A stretch of 64,000 bases of DNA from Octopus sinensis (GCF_006345805.1 NC_043006.1:55552001-55616000), one strand, 5' to 3'; positions 28,833-42,178 are shown, counted from the first letter of the stretch. Made by a program: numbers and translations. Notes: generated by a model from the sequence alone, not told the origin.

Positions 28833-29690
28833 AGGATTAGAGCAAAAGTTCGGACCAGTTTTTAAGTAGAATTCAGAAGCTATACTTAGATGTTTGTACA
28901 TGTCTTGATTCAACCACGTATGTTCCACTTTTGTTCCACCACCTTTCGTTATCTTTGAAGTAGCTTTATGAGCTTATCGTCTCAGAACTTGGCATCATTC
29001 TGGGACATGAACTAGTCTAAATGGTTTTGACTGTCTTCCAAAGAACTGAGGTTCTTTCCATTAGAAGAATTTCGTAGAGACTGAAACAACTAGTAATCCG
29101 AAATTACAAAGACAGGTGAATATGGCGGGTGTGGTACCAGGAAACATGGGCTCTAGTGTTGTCCTGAAGGAAAACGACATCCTTCGGAAAGGTAAATTCG
29201 TGGGCGTTTTTCATCTGTCACCTTTAATCAACCGAATTGTGAACAATGTCTGAATTCTACATCCGATTTTACGGAAGGTGCTCGTAATACACAATGTCCT
29301 TCCAATGCTTGAGATACAGAGTATCACGATCTTCGTATACTGACCCACTTTTCAAGTAGCTGAAGGTGGTCCACTTAGTTTTCTCCGGGAAATGTTTACT
29401 CCAGATTACTGTAAACAAGCCATTTTCATCCCTGTGATAGTTCTTTTAAATAATGGGGCGTCTTTATTGCATTTGAGCAGAGAATCACTTTTAGAAAGGC
29501 GGTCCATTAATTTCTTTCTCTTAAATTATGACGCACTCAAGTATCATAGCGATTCATGTATCCAAGTGTTTTCAAATACCTTAACGTTCACATGAGATAT
29601 GTGGGATATCTCCGCGATATCTCGTGTCGTGTGCCTGGAAATATTTTTCATTAACATTTTGATTTAGTTATCATGAACGACTGTAGGCCT
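28833..29690 (-). mobile_element. Mariner transposase C-terminal part, decayed
   Basis: TTRDIAE, KRTITG, VVFLQDNTRAHVS, ERW..KSGTYVVE and remnants of the YSPDLAP region on the minus strand. Confidence 0.7.
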
Positions 29691-29999
29691 GCTGGAATGT
29701 TAATAGATTTTCCTTTCTAAAACCTAGCGAACCCGTTAAGAATAGTCCTCGTAGCTATAACACTGTTTGCACAAACTGCACATGATTTATTTTACTGTTT
29801 GTACAGCGTTTTATTCTTTCGGAGAAGAGCATTAAATGACGAACATGTGTCTAATTTTCCTTCGTTTTCACTGTTAATGTAAAGCCAGTAGAAGTAAACT
29901 ATTCTTTTATGCGTTTCACCCCAAAGACCGTATCCATACAGGGGTTACCATCTTCTTCGTATACTGAACGACTTTCTTTTGTGATTGGAGTTTGGTTAA

Positions 30000-30420
30000 G
30001 GAGGGAATTTGATATTGCTTACCTTTTTTGAACATCTCACTGTGATGTCGTTCCATCTGGGATTTTTTAACAGGTCAAGTTGTTTTTGAAAATGTCTACC
30101 CCTACACCATGTAGATCTCTCAAATATTTTCGCAAGCTATTAAATAGCTGTGGGTCCTTGAATTTGAAGCTATTGCAATACATGTTCCTTACTCTGAAGA
30201 AGATAGCTAGGACATTTGGAACAGAGTAGTGACGTCCATTTCGGGGCGCTTGTATAGCTTTCGATGTCAAAGTTTGGTGTTAGACGTTTTAGGACCTTCC
30301 ATGCGTATATCACATATGTTGTTTTCTTCTACCCATTTATATATAGCATCTAGATCTTCCTGTGGAAGATTAGTGTCAAAAGGTTCCTTGACTTCAGCTA
30401 CCCTCCTGATCTGAATATCT
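30000..30420 (-). mobile_element. CR1-type LINE 3' fragment
   Basis: YCNSFKFKDPQLFNSLRKYLRDLHGVGVDIFKNNL, homologous to the ends at 42.3-42.6 kb and 58.8 kb. Confidence 0.75.
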
Positions 30421-30735
30421 CTTCGTAAACCAAAGAGAAAGAGAATAACTACGGTTAACTGCTTAGATACCTTCAGATTATAAATTCAAATGTGTACTAA
30501 TAATAGTTGATGCACTTCATTTTGTGAATAAATACCTAATTGATAACCTGGAAAAGATAAGGTATTTACAAAAAGAAATCAACCACCTACCACACGTTAC
30601 TAACGCAATGTTAGAGGATCAGTAAAAATATGCAAGGTTTTTCTGAAGTTATCTACATTCCAAAGCTGAAGTTCTGTATCTTTGTTAGAAACTAGCTCTT
30701 TCATAACAGAAAATTTCAAATAAAAAATAGAAGGG

Positions 30736-30773
<38 letters not shown>

Positions 30774-31274
30774 TCTATATACTAAAACACATTTTTATAA
30801 TTTTTAATCTCTGCTCACAAAACATATCGGTATCATATTCGCAATCAGTGCAAATACTAGTTGACTGCATTAGGTTTTGGAGTTCAGATACATAATTAAA
30901 AAAAAAGAGTAAGTTAAAATAGAATTCATTCAGAGAAGAAGGTTAAAATGAAATAAAATAGTAGCGTCATTTCGTTCTCCTTTCATCGTTTCCTTCTACT
31001 TTCCTTCCGTTCCTTCTCTATTTCTCCATCTTTCTGAAGTCAAAACTATAGAACTTAATTACTATGCTTCATGCCTCCTCTTTGAGAAAAATAAAATAAA
31101 AGAAAAGAAAAACGTTTTACGTGGTTCTTGAAGTCTGCCTGAACTACAAAAAACCAATGCAATTTTTTAATATTTGGACTAATGAAGTACACGTTTACAG
31201 CAAAAACGATTAGAAATCTTCAATACCTACACAAACACAGAAACATATTTACATATATAAACTAGGCTATATTA

Positions 31275-31490
31275 ATAATGGTTTCAAATTTTAGCACAAG
31301 GCCAGCAATTTCGAGTGGGGTGTAAGTCGTTTACATAGACCTAGTGATCAACTAGCACGTATTTTATCAATCCCGAAAGGATAAAACGCAAAGTCAGGCT
31401 CCGCAGAATTTGAACTTAGGGAATAAAGATGAACAAAATGTCGTTAAGTATTTTGCCCGGCGTGCTAACGGATCGGCAAGCTCACCGTCT
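31275..31490 (-). mobile_element. tRNA-derived SINE, family A
   Basis: Reverse-complement match to 41054-41270. Confidence 0.85.
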
Positions 31491-31491
31491 C

Positions 31492-31533
<42 letters not shown>

Positions 31534-31534
<1 letters not shown>

Positions 31535-32077
31535 TGTACCAGGCAGTGGCTCTCATGACTTTTGATCTTAACTGATTGGGAGTGTTATCATGCACATTGT
31601 TTTCTCTTGGTATAAAAGATGGGCTACAGTAAATATTCTGCTCAATACCACAGATTTGCTTGTCAGTTGTTGACCTTAACCAGTTGAGCATGTCCCTTAG
31701 TGGCTGACGATATGTGCATCTCTGACCACGAGCAGAAGTAGTGGGGGAGCATCATAGCTGTGTGTTGAAAGGAATTCTTGGAGGTTTGGATAATTCACCT
31801 TTGGAAACATGGGTGGTTCGTTCAACATCCTTAAACAATGCTTATTCAAGGACATTTTGAGCGAGATGGGCTACTCGATCAGAAGAAAATTCTAACTGGG
31901 CCCCACCTGCAAGGTTATGTGCTGTTTATCTTGATATGAGATCACCATATCGCGCACGTATGGTTGTGATGCATGTGCCTAGTGTACTCTTTTCAGACGG
32001 GTAATCATGACGGGTAAACTGGGCTTCGTATATTTTACCTCAGTGTCACTTTGATGGCATGAACTGCTCTCTCACTC
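31534..32077. mobile_element. ~545-bp non-coding interspersed repeat inserted in (AAT)n
   Basis: (AAT)n on both sides; a second, truncated copy at 36096-36512 also starts in (AAT)n. Confidence 0.85.
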
Positions 32078-32092
32078 AATAATAATAATAAC

Positions 32093-32147
<55 letters not shown>

Positions 32148-32199
32148 TAATAATAATAACAATAATAAGAATAAGAATATGATATTATTAATATTAATA

Positions 32200-32830
32200 T
32201 TATCATTATCATCTAAGTCGGCATTTCGTCCGACTACGTTCTGGGCTCAAATTCAGCTGAGATCGACTTTACCTTTTATACCTTTAATGGTCGATGAAAT
32301 AAGCATCAGTCGAGCTATGGAGTCGATGTGATCGATGATACCTGCTACTCTAGAACTTTAGGTCTTATGTCAATAATAGGAAAAAATTATTTCTTACTGG
32401 TAGAACCATTAGCACACCGGTCAAAACACTTAGCTACTGCTAAAGTTCTGAGCTCAAATTCCACCGAGTTCGTCTTTGACTTTCATCTTTTCAGGGTCTA
32501 TAAAAAGTGTACCAGTCATGTGCTAGGGTCGTTGTAATCGACTTCCCCTTCCTTAAAAAATCTACTGGCTTTTTACTAAAGTCTGAAATCATTATTTGTT
32601 ACTTGCTTTATAAGAATTAAACATGATTTAAGGCGGAGAGCTGGCAGAATCGAGAGCACGTCGAGCGGAATGCTTAGCGACATTTCTTTACGTTCCAAGT
32701 TCAAATTCGGTCGGGGTCGACTTTGCCTTTCATCCTTTCCGGGTCGATAAAATAAGTACCAGCTGAGCACTGGGGTCGATGTAATCGATCTATTCCCTAT
32801 CTCAAAATGGCTGGCCTTGTGCCTGGCGTC
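32200..32830 (+). mobile_element. Cluster of three family-A SINE copies
   Basis: Repeated B-box-like gttcaaattc, gactttgcctttcatc and gtcgatgtaatcga; best copy 32630-32830. Confidence 0.8.
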
Positions 32831-33904
32831 GTGGTGTGATGGTAGCTTAAGAGGAAGATACTACTTCGTGCGTTTTCTTACGCACATTGCAGGTATAGAC
32901 AGACATATGCACGCGCACACAAATGGAATTGTAAAATATTCGAGCAAATGCACACACACACAGACGCACATATATAACCCTAGTCCGAAATGCAATTCAA
33001 CGAAGTGTCAAATTTTTCTCGGTATAGTCCAATAATATCTGCTCGGTATAATTCAATATTACCAAATCTGCTCGAGTCACTACTTGAAGTTTATCCTTTA
33101 CAATCTTATGCTCTGGAACCGCTCAATAAATTTTGGCAGCTATTATTGGTTTCACAGTTGGCGATATAACTAAGGTAATTGCAAAATTTACAAAATATTT
33201 TTTAAATAATGTGATCGAAACCCTTCCTTCTACCACTTTCCTGAAAAACTATAGAAGTTTTGATTAGGAATATTTTCAAGAACAAAATAAAACCGAATAA
33301 CAATTTCGATATTTGGGATTGAACCAAGATACCTGTAAATCCCCGAGCTAATGATCTTTCATTTCAGTTATGTTGACTACCTGCGAATTGCTCCAGCGTT
33401 TATAGTAATACATATTCACTGACATTTAACTGAGAATATTTTACTAAAATGTACCGACTACTTGTGTCACTGTGAGGGGTGGGGGTGGGGGCTTTTAGTG
33501 AGTTTACTTTGTGGCAAGTATTCGGGTCAACTCTCCGGTTTGAAGGTTCTTCGTTCCCTCCCGCGAGTCTTGGGGGTCCCTTTTACGTATCTTTGGTATT
33601 ATTTTCCCTCCTGATTAATAGATAAGAAATTCCAAAATAATTTAAATATTGGCTAAGGAAAATCGATTGCAAATTACAATGTAGCAAAAAAACATACTTT
33701 TATATGTTTTAAATCTTTTATATATTTATAGATTTGTCTGAAATCTATATATTTACATAAATAATTTACGAGTTCGATTCCTGGACCGGTACGTGTGTTA
33801 TGTGCCCGAGCAAAGTGCTTCATTTTGTGTTACTCTAATTGAAATAAGGATCAGTTTAGTACTGATGTTGCTCTCTCTGGAACACACTCTTTCTTTCGAA
33901 CACA

Positions 33905-33951
<47 letters not shown>

Positions 33952-34617
33952 TCTCCCTCCCTCTCTTCAGCTGTTACTTCCTCGATATTCTGTTGGGTCA
34001 AAGTGGACAGAAAGGGTGTTTATGGCTGCTCGCAACTGTTTAGACACCCAAAGCAGTTAACGAAAACTTGGTTACTTCTGTGTGATGATAATTTGCATGT
34101 GGGGGATATGTTTTTTTTCTACAAATAATTAAACTGACGTATTTTAGTGTTCGCAAACACTCATTTGCATATCAAACACTTTTACTATCATATCAATATT
34201 TTAACACACACAATAACTCAGTTACCGCTCAACCTACGGAAAATAACATCCAGAGCCCTCACAAAAACAAACCTTCAGATAAAAGCTATAATGAACGATA
34301 CAAGAAAGTTTCAGTGAGGGCGAATGACCTACGAGATTATGCGGTATATAGAATACGGCATAGAACCAATGTTTAAAATTCCATGTGTTCCTTTATAGTT
34401 TGAAGTATCTTGTAGTTTTGCATCGATATTCCAAACATAGCATGAATAAATAAAAGAATGGCGATAAATTTTTACGTTTATTCATTACATTCGTATACGT
34501 GTTTCATTAACGAAAATGTCTTTATGAAAGGTGTTACCTTATAATCAGGTTTGTATAACAAACAAAAGAAACATCCTAATCACACTAGATTACTTATTGA
34601 TACTTTAGTTAGAAACA

Positions 34618-34825
34618 GATGGCGAGCTGGCAGAATCATTACTGCGCCGGACAAAATGCTTAGCGACATTTCTTCCGACTTAACATTTTTAGTTCAAATG
34701 GCGCCGGGTTAGACTTTGCCTTCCAGAGTCGATAAAATAAGTATCATGTTAGCACTGGGGTCGGTATAATCGACTTACTCCATCCCCTGAAATTGCTGAA
34801 CTTGTGTCAAAATTTGAAGCCAATA
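34618..34825 (+). mobile_element. tRNA-derived SINE, family A
   Basis: ggcgagctggcagaatc...gtcgataaaataagta...cactggggtcg...cttgtgtcaaaatttgaagcc. Confidence 0.85.
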
Positions 34826-35529
34826 AATTTAGGTCCGAATGTTTCTCTTAGATTTTCTGATAGGTCAACGAGAATATTTTCAACGTAAATATAGATTACT
34901 ATATTGAAAATCTTCGAAGAATTGGTTTTGAGAAGAAAACAGTTTATATATCTAATTAAAGCCAATCATACATAACAAAAAATATCGCATGCACTTAATA
35001 ATAATAATATTGCAATACTTCCTCATCGATGTTCACCAAAACAAGCCAAAACTGAAACGTTAAGTCAGTATAGAAAATAAAATTAAACATAAACAAAACA
35101 TTATCGTAAATCTGATATTTATCACGCTATTAAATAAACTGATAATACTAAAATATGGATACCAACATGATAATCATTGAAAAGTGGGAAAATATTGAAA
35201 AGAAGCACAGTAAAACAAAAATAAATATTTCCAAGAAAACTACTTTCTAACTAATAATACTAAAATATGTTCCAAAATTGCTAATTGTCGGCATTCTTTC
35301 TACACCTATGAGAATACTAATACTAAAAGTATAAAAAAAGGTGACATCTCTATAAACTAGTAGAATATAGTATCTTCGAGTAACTACTAATGCGCAGGTA
35401 AACAAGAGTAACAATTCAGTGCTTACCAATAAGTGTAGCTGAGAATTTAACAAGTATCAACCAGTAGTAGGAATTTTACTAGTGTTAAGAAAACTAGAAA
35501 AAGAGACATTATATCGGTGATAACGCCTT

Positions 35530-36020
35530 CTCAAAACGTGTAAAACCTAACAGCAGAAGGTGTCACTGAAAATGAGAATTGAAAAAATCCTGTGGGATGC
35601 AATAGTCCAATGCGATCACCCGACCAGACATCGGAAACCGGACATACTTGTGAAGAAAAAAAAAACAACATATATGATAATCGACATAACATGCCCCGGA
35701 TCAATGTGAAAAAAGAAGAAAAAATAAACAACTATGACAATTTGAAGTGGGAAATACGAAGTTTGTAGTCAATGAGGAGAGTAGACGTGATACTAATAGT
35801 AATTGGTGCAATTGGAAGTATCAGCACTCAACTACCAACATGGCTGGATAAGACTGGTGCAAGTGTGATGGTAGAACATCTACAAAAATCAGCATTGCTT
35901 GGAACTGCAAGAATTCTTTGCAGGATTCTTGAAGCTTGACCAGTAAACAAGTGTCAGCTTAATCTGCTGTGGACAGCTGACACCATCATACCCAGCAAAA
36001 TAAGCTGTGTGTTTTCATCG
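35530..36020 (+). mobile_element. Third R4/Dong-like RLE 3' fragment
   Basis: ILWDAIVQCDHPTRHRKPDILV..IIDITCP..KEEKINNYDNLKWEI..IVIGAIG..VEHLQKSALLGTARIL; ends in (GAT/AAT)n. Confidence 0.85.
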
Positions 36021-36054
36021 CATAATGATGATGATGATAATAATAATAATAATG

Positions 36055-36095
<41 letters not shown>

Positions 36096-36096
<1 letters not shown>

Positions 36097-36512
36097 TGTA
36101 CCAGACAGTGGCTCTCATGACTTTTGATCTTAACTGATTGGGAGTGTTATCATGTACATTGTTTTGTCTTGGTATAAAAGATGGGTTACAGTAAATATTC
36201 TGCTCAATACCATAGAATTACTTGTCAGTTGTTTGACCTTAACCAGTTGAGCATGTTCCTTAGTGGCTGACGATATGTGCATCTCTGATCCCGAGCAGAG
36301 GTAGTGGGAGAGGGCACCATAGCCATGTGTTGAGAGGAGTTCTTTTGGGTTTGGATAATTCACCTCAGGAAACATGGCTGTTTATTTTCATTATCATTAA
36401 AACAACCCTTATTCAGGGACCTTTTGAGCTGGATGGCTACTCGACCTGAAGAAAATTCTAACTGTGCCCCATCTGCTTGATTATGCGCTGTTTTTCTTGA
36501 TATGGGATCACC
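36096..36512. mobile_element. Truncated second copy of the 31534-32077 repeat, joined to the Tx1-like LINE
   Basis: Colinear with 31534-31950; similarity stops at gatcacc. Confidence 0.85.
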
Positions 36513-39500
36513 TGACGCCGGTCAAAGCAAGTGTTTTCGTGACCTACAGAAGTTTCTGAGTACGTCACATTCCCTAGTTTTGTTAGGAGACTTTAACACA
36601 ATCTGTGGCTCGAGAACAGATAATAACATTGGCCTCTGGGAACTGCTAAGTCGTTTTCAGCTAGCAGATCCATATAGGATGGAACACCCGAACGCTCCAT
36701 TGTGGACATGGTCAACTGGCGACGGGTAGTTCAGGTCGTACATAGATTTAGATAAAATTTTAATTAGGAAAGCTGATAAGAACATAGCTAAGAGTCCAAA
36801 GTTTTATCCGGTCAGCTACAGTGATCATAAGTTGGTCACTTGTGAGTTGAACCTAGATAAAGTATATAGACTAGGATCTGGTTACTGGAAACTCAATACG
36901 TCCCTTTTGGCGATTGAGGAGTACAGAAAGCGGATTAAGTTGTTGATACAGAGGGCGTTAACAGGAGCCATCATTAATAATAAATGGTGGTGTGCCCTCA
37001 AACTAACCATTTGATTAGAGTCTATTAGATATAGCATAGGTTTAGTGGCTAGTGAACGTAGGCAGGAACGAGGTTTAGTTAAGGCAATAGAGGAAACCAC
37101 GAGGACTCGCAGTGCAACCCAGGTAAAGGCGAAGAGACTGGAACTAAACCAGCTCCTCGAAGCCAAGCACATGGGGTGCATTGTCAGGGCTAGACTACGT
37201 GCAGTGAGTTGCAAGGGAAACAAGGTCGCTGGATGGGCCCGAGTGGTGGAAGCCCAGCGTAGAAATGATTCCACAGTACGAGCTTTGGTGAATCATCAAG
37301 GATAAACGAACCCAAGAAGATGTGTGAGGCCTTCCAGGAGCACTTCGCCCAGCTTTTCGAGGGAAGCGATAGACCGGACAGTAGGAGGGACCTAGCAAAT
37401 TTCTTCGCCGGGCTGCCGCGCCTCTCGGGGCGGCATGAAGAGTCTTGTGAAGGGCTGATCACACATGAGGAAGTAATTGAGGCTATAGCAGACTATGGCG
37501 TAAGTAAGTCACCGGAACTGGATGGTCTGCCCTACGAGTTGTATAGAAGTATGCCAGACTTGTTCGAGCACCTGCTGGCCAGTGTGTACACGAACTGGCA
37601 ACAAATGGGTTTATTCCCAATTCTGTGCGCCGGGGAGTGGTGACACTGATCAGAAAGGACCTGGAAAGAGGGATTGTTTAGATAATTTCCGGCCCATCAC
37701 TTTGATTAGCACAGAGTCGAAGATTTTAGCCAAGGAGCTTACAAAAAGGTTGGCGCGTGTAGCAGATGGTCTGATTGGGGAGGCAGAGATTTATGCCATC
37801 TCCGGCAGAAGCATTCGGGACAATCTCCACCTTCTACGCTACACCTTAGAGGAGTTTGAAAGTTGTGGCAAGGGTGGGACAGTGGTTCATTTAGACCAAG
37901 CTAAGGCATTCGATAGGGCTGACCATCATTACCTGGTATGTGTTCTTGCACAGTTCGGCCTGGGTCTTGGCTTCATTAGGTTGATAATTCAATTGTATGA
38001 TAACATCGACTCGATCGTTCGGGTGTACGGTTTTCTGTTCAAAGCGTTCTGTTTCAAACGCTCGGTTCGTCAAGGGTCTTCCCTCGCACCGCTATTGTAC
38101 GCGATAGCTCTTGAACAGTTACTGCGACAGTTGAGTGGCATCTCGAGAGGGCCAGGCAGTGGAGATACGGTTTCAGCTAATGCGGATGACATCACCATCA
38201 TCGTGAGCAAAATAGAACACATACAGAAGGTATACGAGGCCATTGAGGTCTGCGAGACGGTGCCAGGAACAAAGATTAATCGGGATAAGTTAGTCGGCTT
38301 GCAACTCAGCACCTGGAGGGGTACCTCGATGCCTCCAGACAGCGTCGTGGGACGTTGGACGGAAGGCCCTGTTAAGTTTCTAGGCGTCTGATTTGGGCCA
38401 CATCTCCAGGTAGAAAAGAACTGGGCTGAGGTTTCGAGCAGGGTGAACAACATAGTCAGGACCTGGTCCGGGCGGTGGCTATCCCCGAAAGGGCTGGCTA
38501 AGGTGGCCAATGTGTTTATCGCATCGGTCATCACTTACCGCCTAACCGTCGTGGTTGAACAAATTGGAAAGACAGCTCTTTTGCTTTTTGTGGAAGGGCT
38601 CGAAACCACTTGTGAGACGTTCTATCTGCTGTCAAAAACCGTTAAAGGGAGAGCTAAGGATGCCTTGACTGTTGGTGCGTTGAGGCTGAGGCATCTTTGG
38701 CTCCTCCTGGATAGTGAACTGATGTGGTCTCCGCTGGCGAAACAGATGTATCCTACGTTCACTAGTTTCGGTGGACGGGAAACCTGGTGCTATCGAAGAT
38801 CTAAGTTGGATATATGGCGTTTGGAGTGCCGTAAGGCACTCCTGCTATTCCGTCACTCGGGCAATGCCAGCCGCGGTGGTTCAAAAGCATTTTTCTATAG
38901 TGGTTTGGTAGAGGCTAAATGTGACGATTCCTTGGGTTTTGGAGCGAACCTGGGTCTCAAGGATAATCAACTAGACAGTCTGTTCCAACGTACTTTGGGG
39001 CCGAAGACACTGGATAATTTCCAAAGGTCTTTGACCTAGCAGTGTTACCGAGGAGCCTTGACCGTTCAGGATAAGCTCGCAAGACACGGTCAAAGCGATC
39101 TGTCCAAGATGCGGGCAGGAAAGAGAAACCATCCTGCACGCTATTGTTCTGTGCTCGGGGTGTCTGAGGTGTGGGCTTATACTGAATATCTGTTACAGTA
39201 AGAGTACAGCTTTCGTCTGAGTCAATTTTAAAAATTGACCTACCTGATTTCTTGACGAAAGAAGGTAAGCATTGTTTTCTCATAGTAGTTGCAATCGCGA
39301 TCTGGCCTCGATCTACAAGGATATTTCGCTTTTCATTTGAAAAAGAAAGTGAGGCTGGAGAGAAGATGCCTGTCAGAGAAAATGTTTAATCATAGATGGA
39401 AGTATGTGGTACGAATGTTGTATATGAGTGTAACCACGTGAACATGACAAAGGTCTACCAACGTTATCAGTGGTGGATTGGGACTGGTGGGTTCAAGAGC

Positions 39501-39638
39501 TTACACATCACTCTATCAGTTTTTTTCTTTTGTTTTGTTTCTCATTCGTATTTATATTTTGTACTGAATTTTTAATATCACCTTAATTTTATACCATTTT
39601 TTGTATCTGACCTCAAAATCAGTGGGCAATAAAAAATC
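36513..39638 (+). mobile_element. Tx1/L1-like LINE ORF2 (5'-truncated APE, RT, C-terminal CCHC), pseudogenised
   Basis: LVLLGDFN, WTW, YSDHKLV, GSGYWKLNTSLL, KSPELDGLPYELY, NFRPITL, LDQAKAFDR, VRQGSSLAPLL, NADD (YADD decayed), CPRCGQ.RETILHAIVLC; AATAAA at 39628. Confidence 0.92.
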
Positions 39639-39639
39639 A

Positions 39640-40180
39640 AGAATCGTTAGTGTGACGGGCAAAATGCTTAGCGGCATTTCATCCGTCTTTACGTTCTGAA
39701 TTCAAATTCTGTCGAGGTCGACTTTGCCTTTCATCTTTTCGGGATCGTAAAATAAGTACCAATTTATCATTAGAGTCGATGTAACCGACTTACCCACTAC
39801 CCCGAAATTGCTCGCTTTGTGCCAAAGTGTGAAACCAATATTTGATTGGTACTTTATTTGATTAACCACGGAGAAGTGAAAGGCAAAATTGACTTCGGAG
39901 AGATAAAAGGCGGGATTTGAACTTAGAATGTAAAGTGTTAGAATAAGTACCGGAATGCAGTTTGTTCGATGCACTAACGATTCTGCCATTTCAACACTAT
40001 GAGCTAATAAAAATAATGGTTTCTAATTAAGGCACCAAGCAAAATAGAAATGAAAAATTTAGAGGAAGGGCTTGGCGGGTTCTAGCATGATTAAAAGCAA
40101 AGTTAACCTCATTGGCACTTGAAATCAGAATGTAAACAAATAGAATAAATACAGCAAGGTATTTTTATTTGATGACCAAA
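39640..40180. mobile_element. Family-A SINE copies: head-less + copy 39640-39845, then two - copies
   Basis: agaatcgttag...aaaatgcttagcggcatttc begins directly after the LINE tail. Confidence 0.75.
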
Positions 40181-40321
40181 CGATACTGTCAATTTATTAC
40201 CGTGTGTTACTAACGATAATAACAGTCTTTGCCATCTATTGTAAATGGTTTGGTTAATTTTGTATCGTTTTAAAACACTTTGAATTCAAACTAATTGTTT
40301 TTTTTTTTTGTTTTGTTAAAG

Positions 40322-40368
40322 TTTACACTGGAAATCGAAGCTTCTGCAACACTCAAGGCGGCACAATG
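40322..40368 (+). other. Candidate 47-nt internal exon (5' UTR or N-terminal coding)
   Basis: Branch-like ctaat at 40291, long T tract, AG at 40320-40321, donor ATG|GTAAGA at 40368/40369. Confidence 0.35.
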
Positions 40369-40496
40369 GTAAGAAGTATATTTTCAATATAGGATTAAAA
40401 TTTCATTTCTAAAAGCAGCGCCAGCCTCAAACAGAAACATTAATAAATCACTTCAATTTGAAGCGGAGTATATCACTTCTGAAGAACTCAAGCAGA

Positions 40497-40638
40497 ATGC
40501 TTCCCGAAAATTTTAATATATCAAACAATTATACAACAGAGAAAATCTGGAATGAATTTGTAAATCCTTTTGATCAGCTACGCGTGAAGATAATTTTCTG
40601 CACTTTGTATTCAATTATATTTGCGTCTTGCTTTTTCG
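40497..40638 (+). CDS. Probable first coding exon of a class A (rhodopsin-like) GPCR: glycosylated N-terminus and TM1
   Basis: MLPENFNISNNYTTEKIWNEFVNPFDQLRVKIIFCTLYSIIFASCFF-G: two N-x-S/T sites, a hydrophobic helix ending at the Gly of the TM1 GN motif, and a consensus phase-1 donor G|GTAAGT at 40638/40639. Later exons not found in the window. Confidence 0.6.
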
Positions 40639-41053
40639 GTAAGTATATGAATTAATTACGGCAAATTTTTCATAGGTTTTATACTTCTATTTTATTTTTT
40701 ATTCATCTTTTATAAGATTTCCACAATGGTTTTAAATCTACGCTAAAATTCAATTGAAACAATTTCGAGTGATGAATAAATAAATAGGAGATAATAAATA
40801 TTCCGTACAATTTCGAGCAAGTTGCATTATTTGATATTTAAAAGAATGGAGTAAGAGAAGAAAACAGCTAAAAATAGGCTGCGATAAATGCACTTCAATC
40901 TTATATCTTATAAATTACTGTCACTTAAAATTAGAGTCTGTGAATAGGACGATGTTGAGAGAGATTGATAATTGGGAGATTCGGTCTGCAGCAAAAGAGT
41001 GAACATTAATGATTTCTAACATGTCACAAAACCACTAATATAGCGCTGGGTTT

Positions 41054-41270
41054 AAGGCGGCGAGCTGGCAGAAACGTTAGCGCGCCGAGCGAAATGCGTA
41101 GCCGTATTTCGTCTGCCGTTACGTCCCGAGTTCAAATTCCGCCGAGGTCGACTTTGTCTTTTATTCTTTCGGGGGTCAATAAATTAAGTACCAGTTGCGT
41201 ATTGCGGTCGATCTAATCGACTGGCCCCTTCCCCAAAATTTTGGACCTTGTGCCTAGAATAGAAAATAAT
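41054..41270 (+). mobile_element. tRNA-derived SINE, family A (best-preserved copy)
   Basis: A-box-like ggcgagctggcag, B-box-like gagttcaaattcc, central gtcaataaattaagtaccag, tail ccttgtgcc. Confidence 0.9.
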
Positions 41271-41374
41271 ATAGGGCTAGGTTTTTGTGAATTAAATAAA
41301 TTTGAGTAATTGTTACAAGAAATGTGAAAATTACAATCGACACCGGCAAGATGTGCATTTTTGCAACCTTAGAG

Positions 41375-41760
41375 TTTCAGGTTCATTCCCAGTATGCGGC
41401 ACTTTGGGCAATGACTTCTATTATAGCCATGGGCTGACTAATGATGGGTGAAATTGGTAGGCGGAAACTATGTAGAAACCTGTCATTTATAGATGCATAT
41501 ATGTGTGTATATGTGTGTATGTGCATCGTTATATCTGTTCTTTCCTACCATCGCTTGATAACTGGTGCGGTTTTGTTTACGTCCTTGTAATTAGCGGTTC
41601 GCTAACAGGAGCCGATAGGATAAGTACAAGTCTTCCAGAAAAAAAGAAGAAAGGAAATGAAAAAAGTATTGGTGTCGATTTGTTCGACGAAAAACATTTC
41701 CGAGCGGTTCTCCAGCATGGCCGCAGTCCATTGACTTAAACAAGTAAAAGAAAGATAAAC
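41375..41760 (+). mobile_element. SINE family B (CORE-like ttgggcaa..cttcta.tatagcc segment, LINE-related tail)
   Basis: Matches 44765-45010; tail gcggttctccagcatggccgcagtc. Confidence 0.8.
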
Positions 41761-42178
41761 ATATTTTGACCGGCATTACCTTTTTGTACTTGTTCACACA
41801 CTATGTTGGTAAATATAAATCCAACGATGGGATCGTTATACACGTTTTTGGTTTTTAATTTTGTTTTTCACTCGTGAGGCGTCAGTTGGCGAACCGCACA
41901 CCACGTCAGGCTATGAGAAGTGACGTCGGGATATGAGAAGCTACGTCAGGCTATGAGAAACAAATTTTTAAACATTAACCAATAGTTTCTTCATTCTTCT
42001 TTTGCAGAATGCACATTTTATTACTGTTTCATAATAGTAATTCTGCTGGAAGCTAAATATATTGAAACATCTGCTTGCTTAACTTCAGTTTCAATCCATA
42101 TACATTTTCTTTGAGCTTTGTGAATATCACCCCGGAGGTAACACCTAAATAAATGCTACAATTTGTAATGAGATCAGT

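Noticed and set aside
41054-41140. tRNA-like A/B boxes here and in other SINE heads
   Set aside because: No complete cloverleaf or acceptor stem; they continue into SINE bodies, so they are not tRNA genes.
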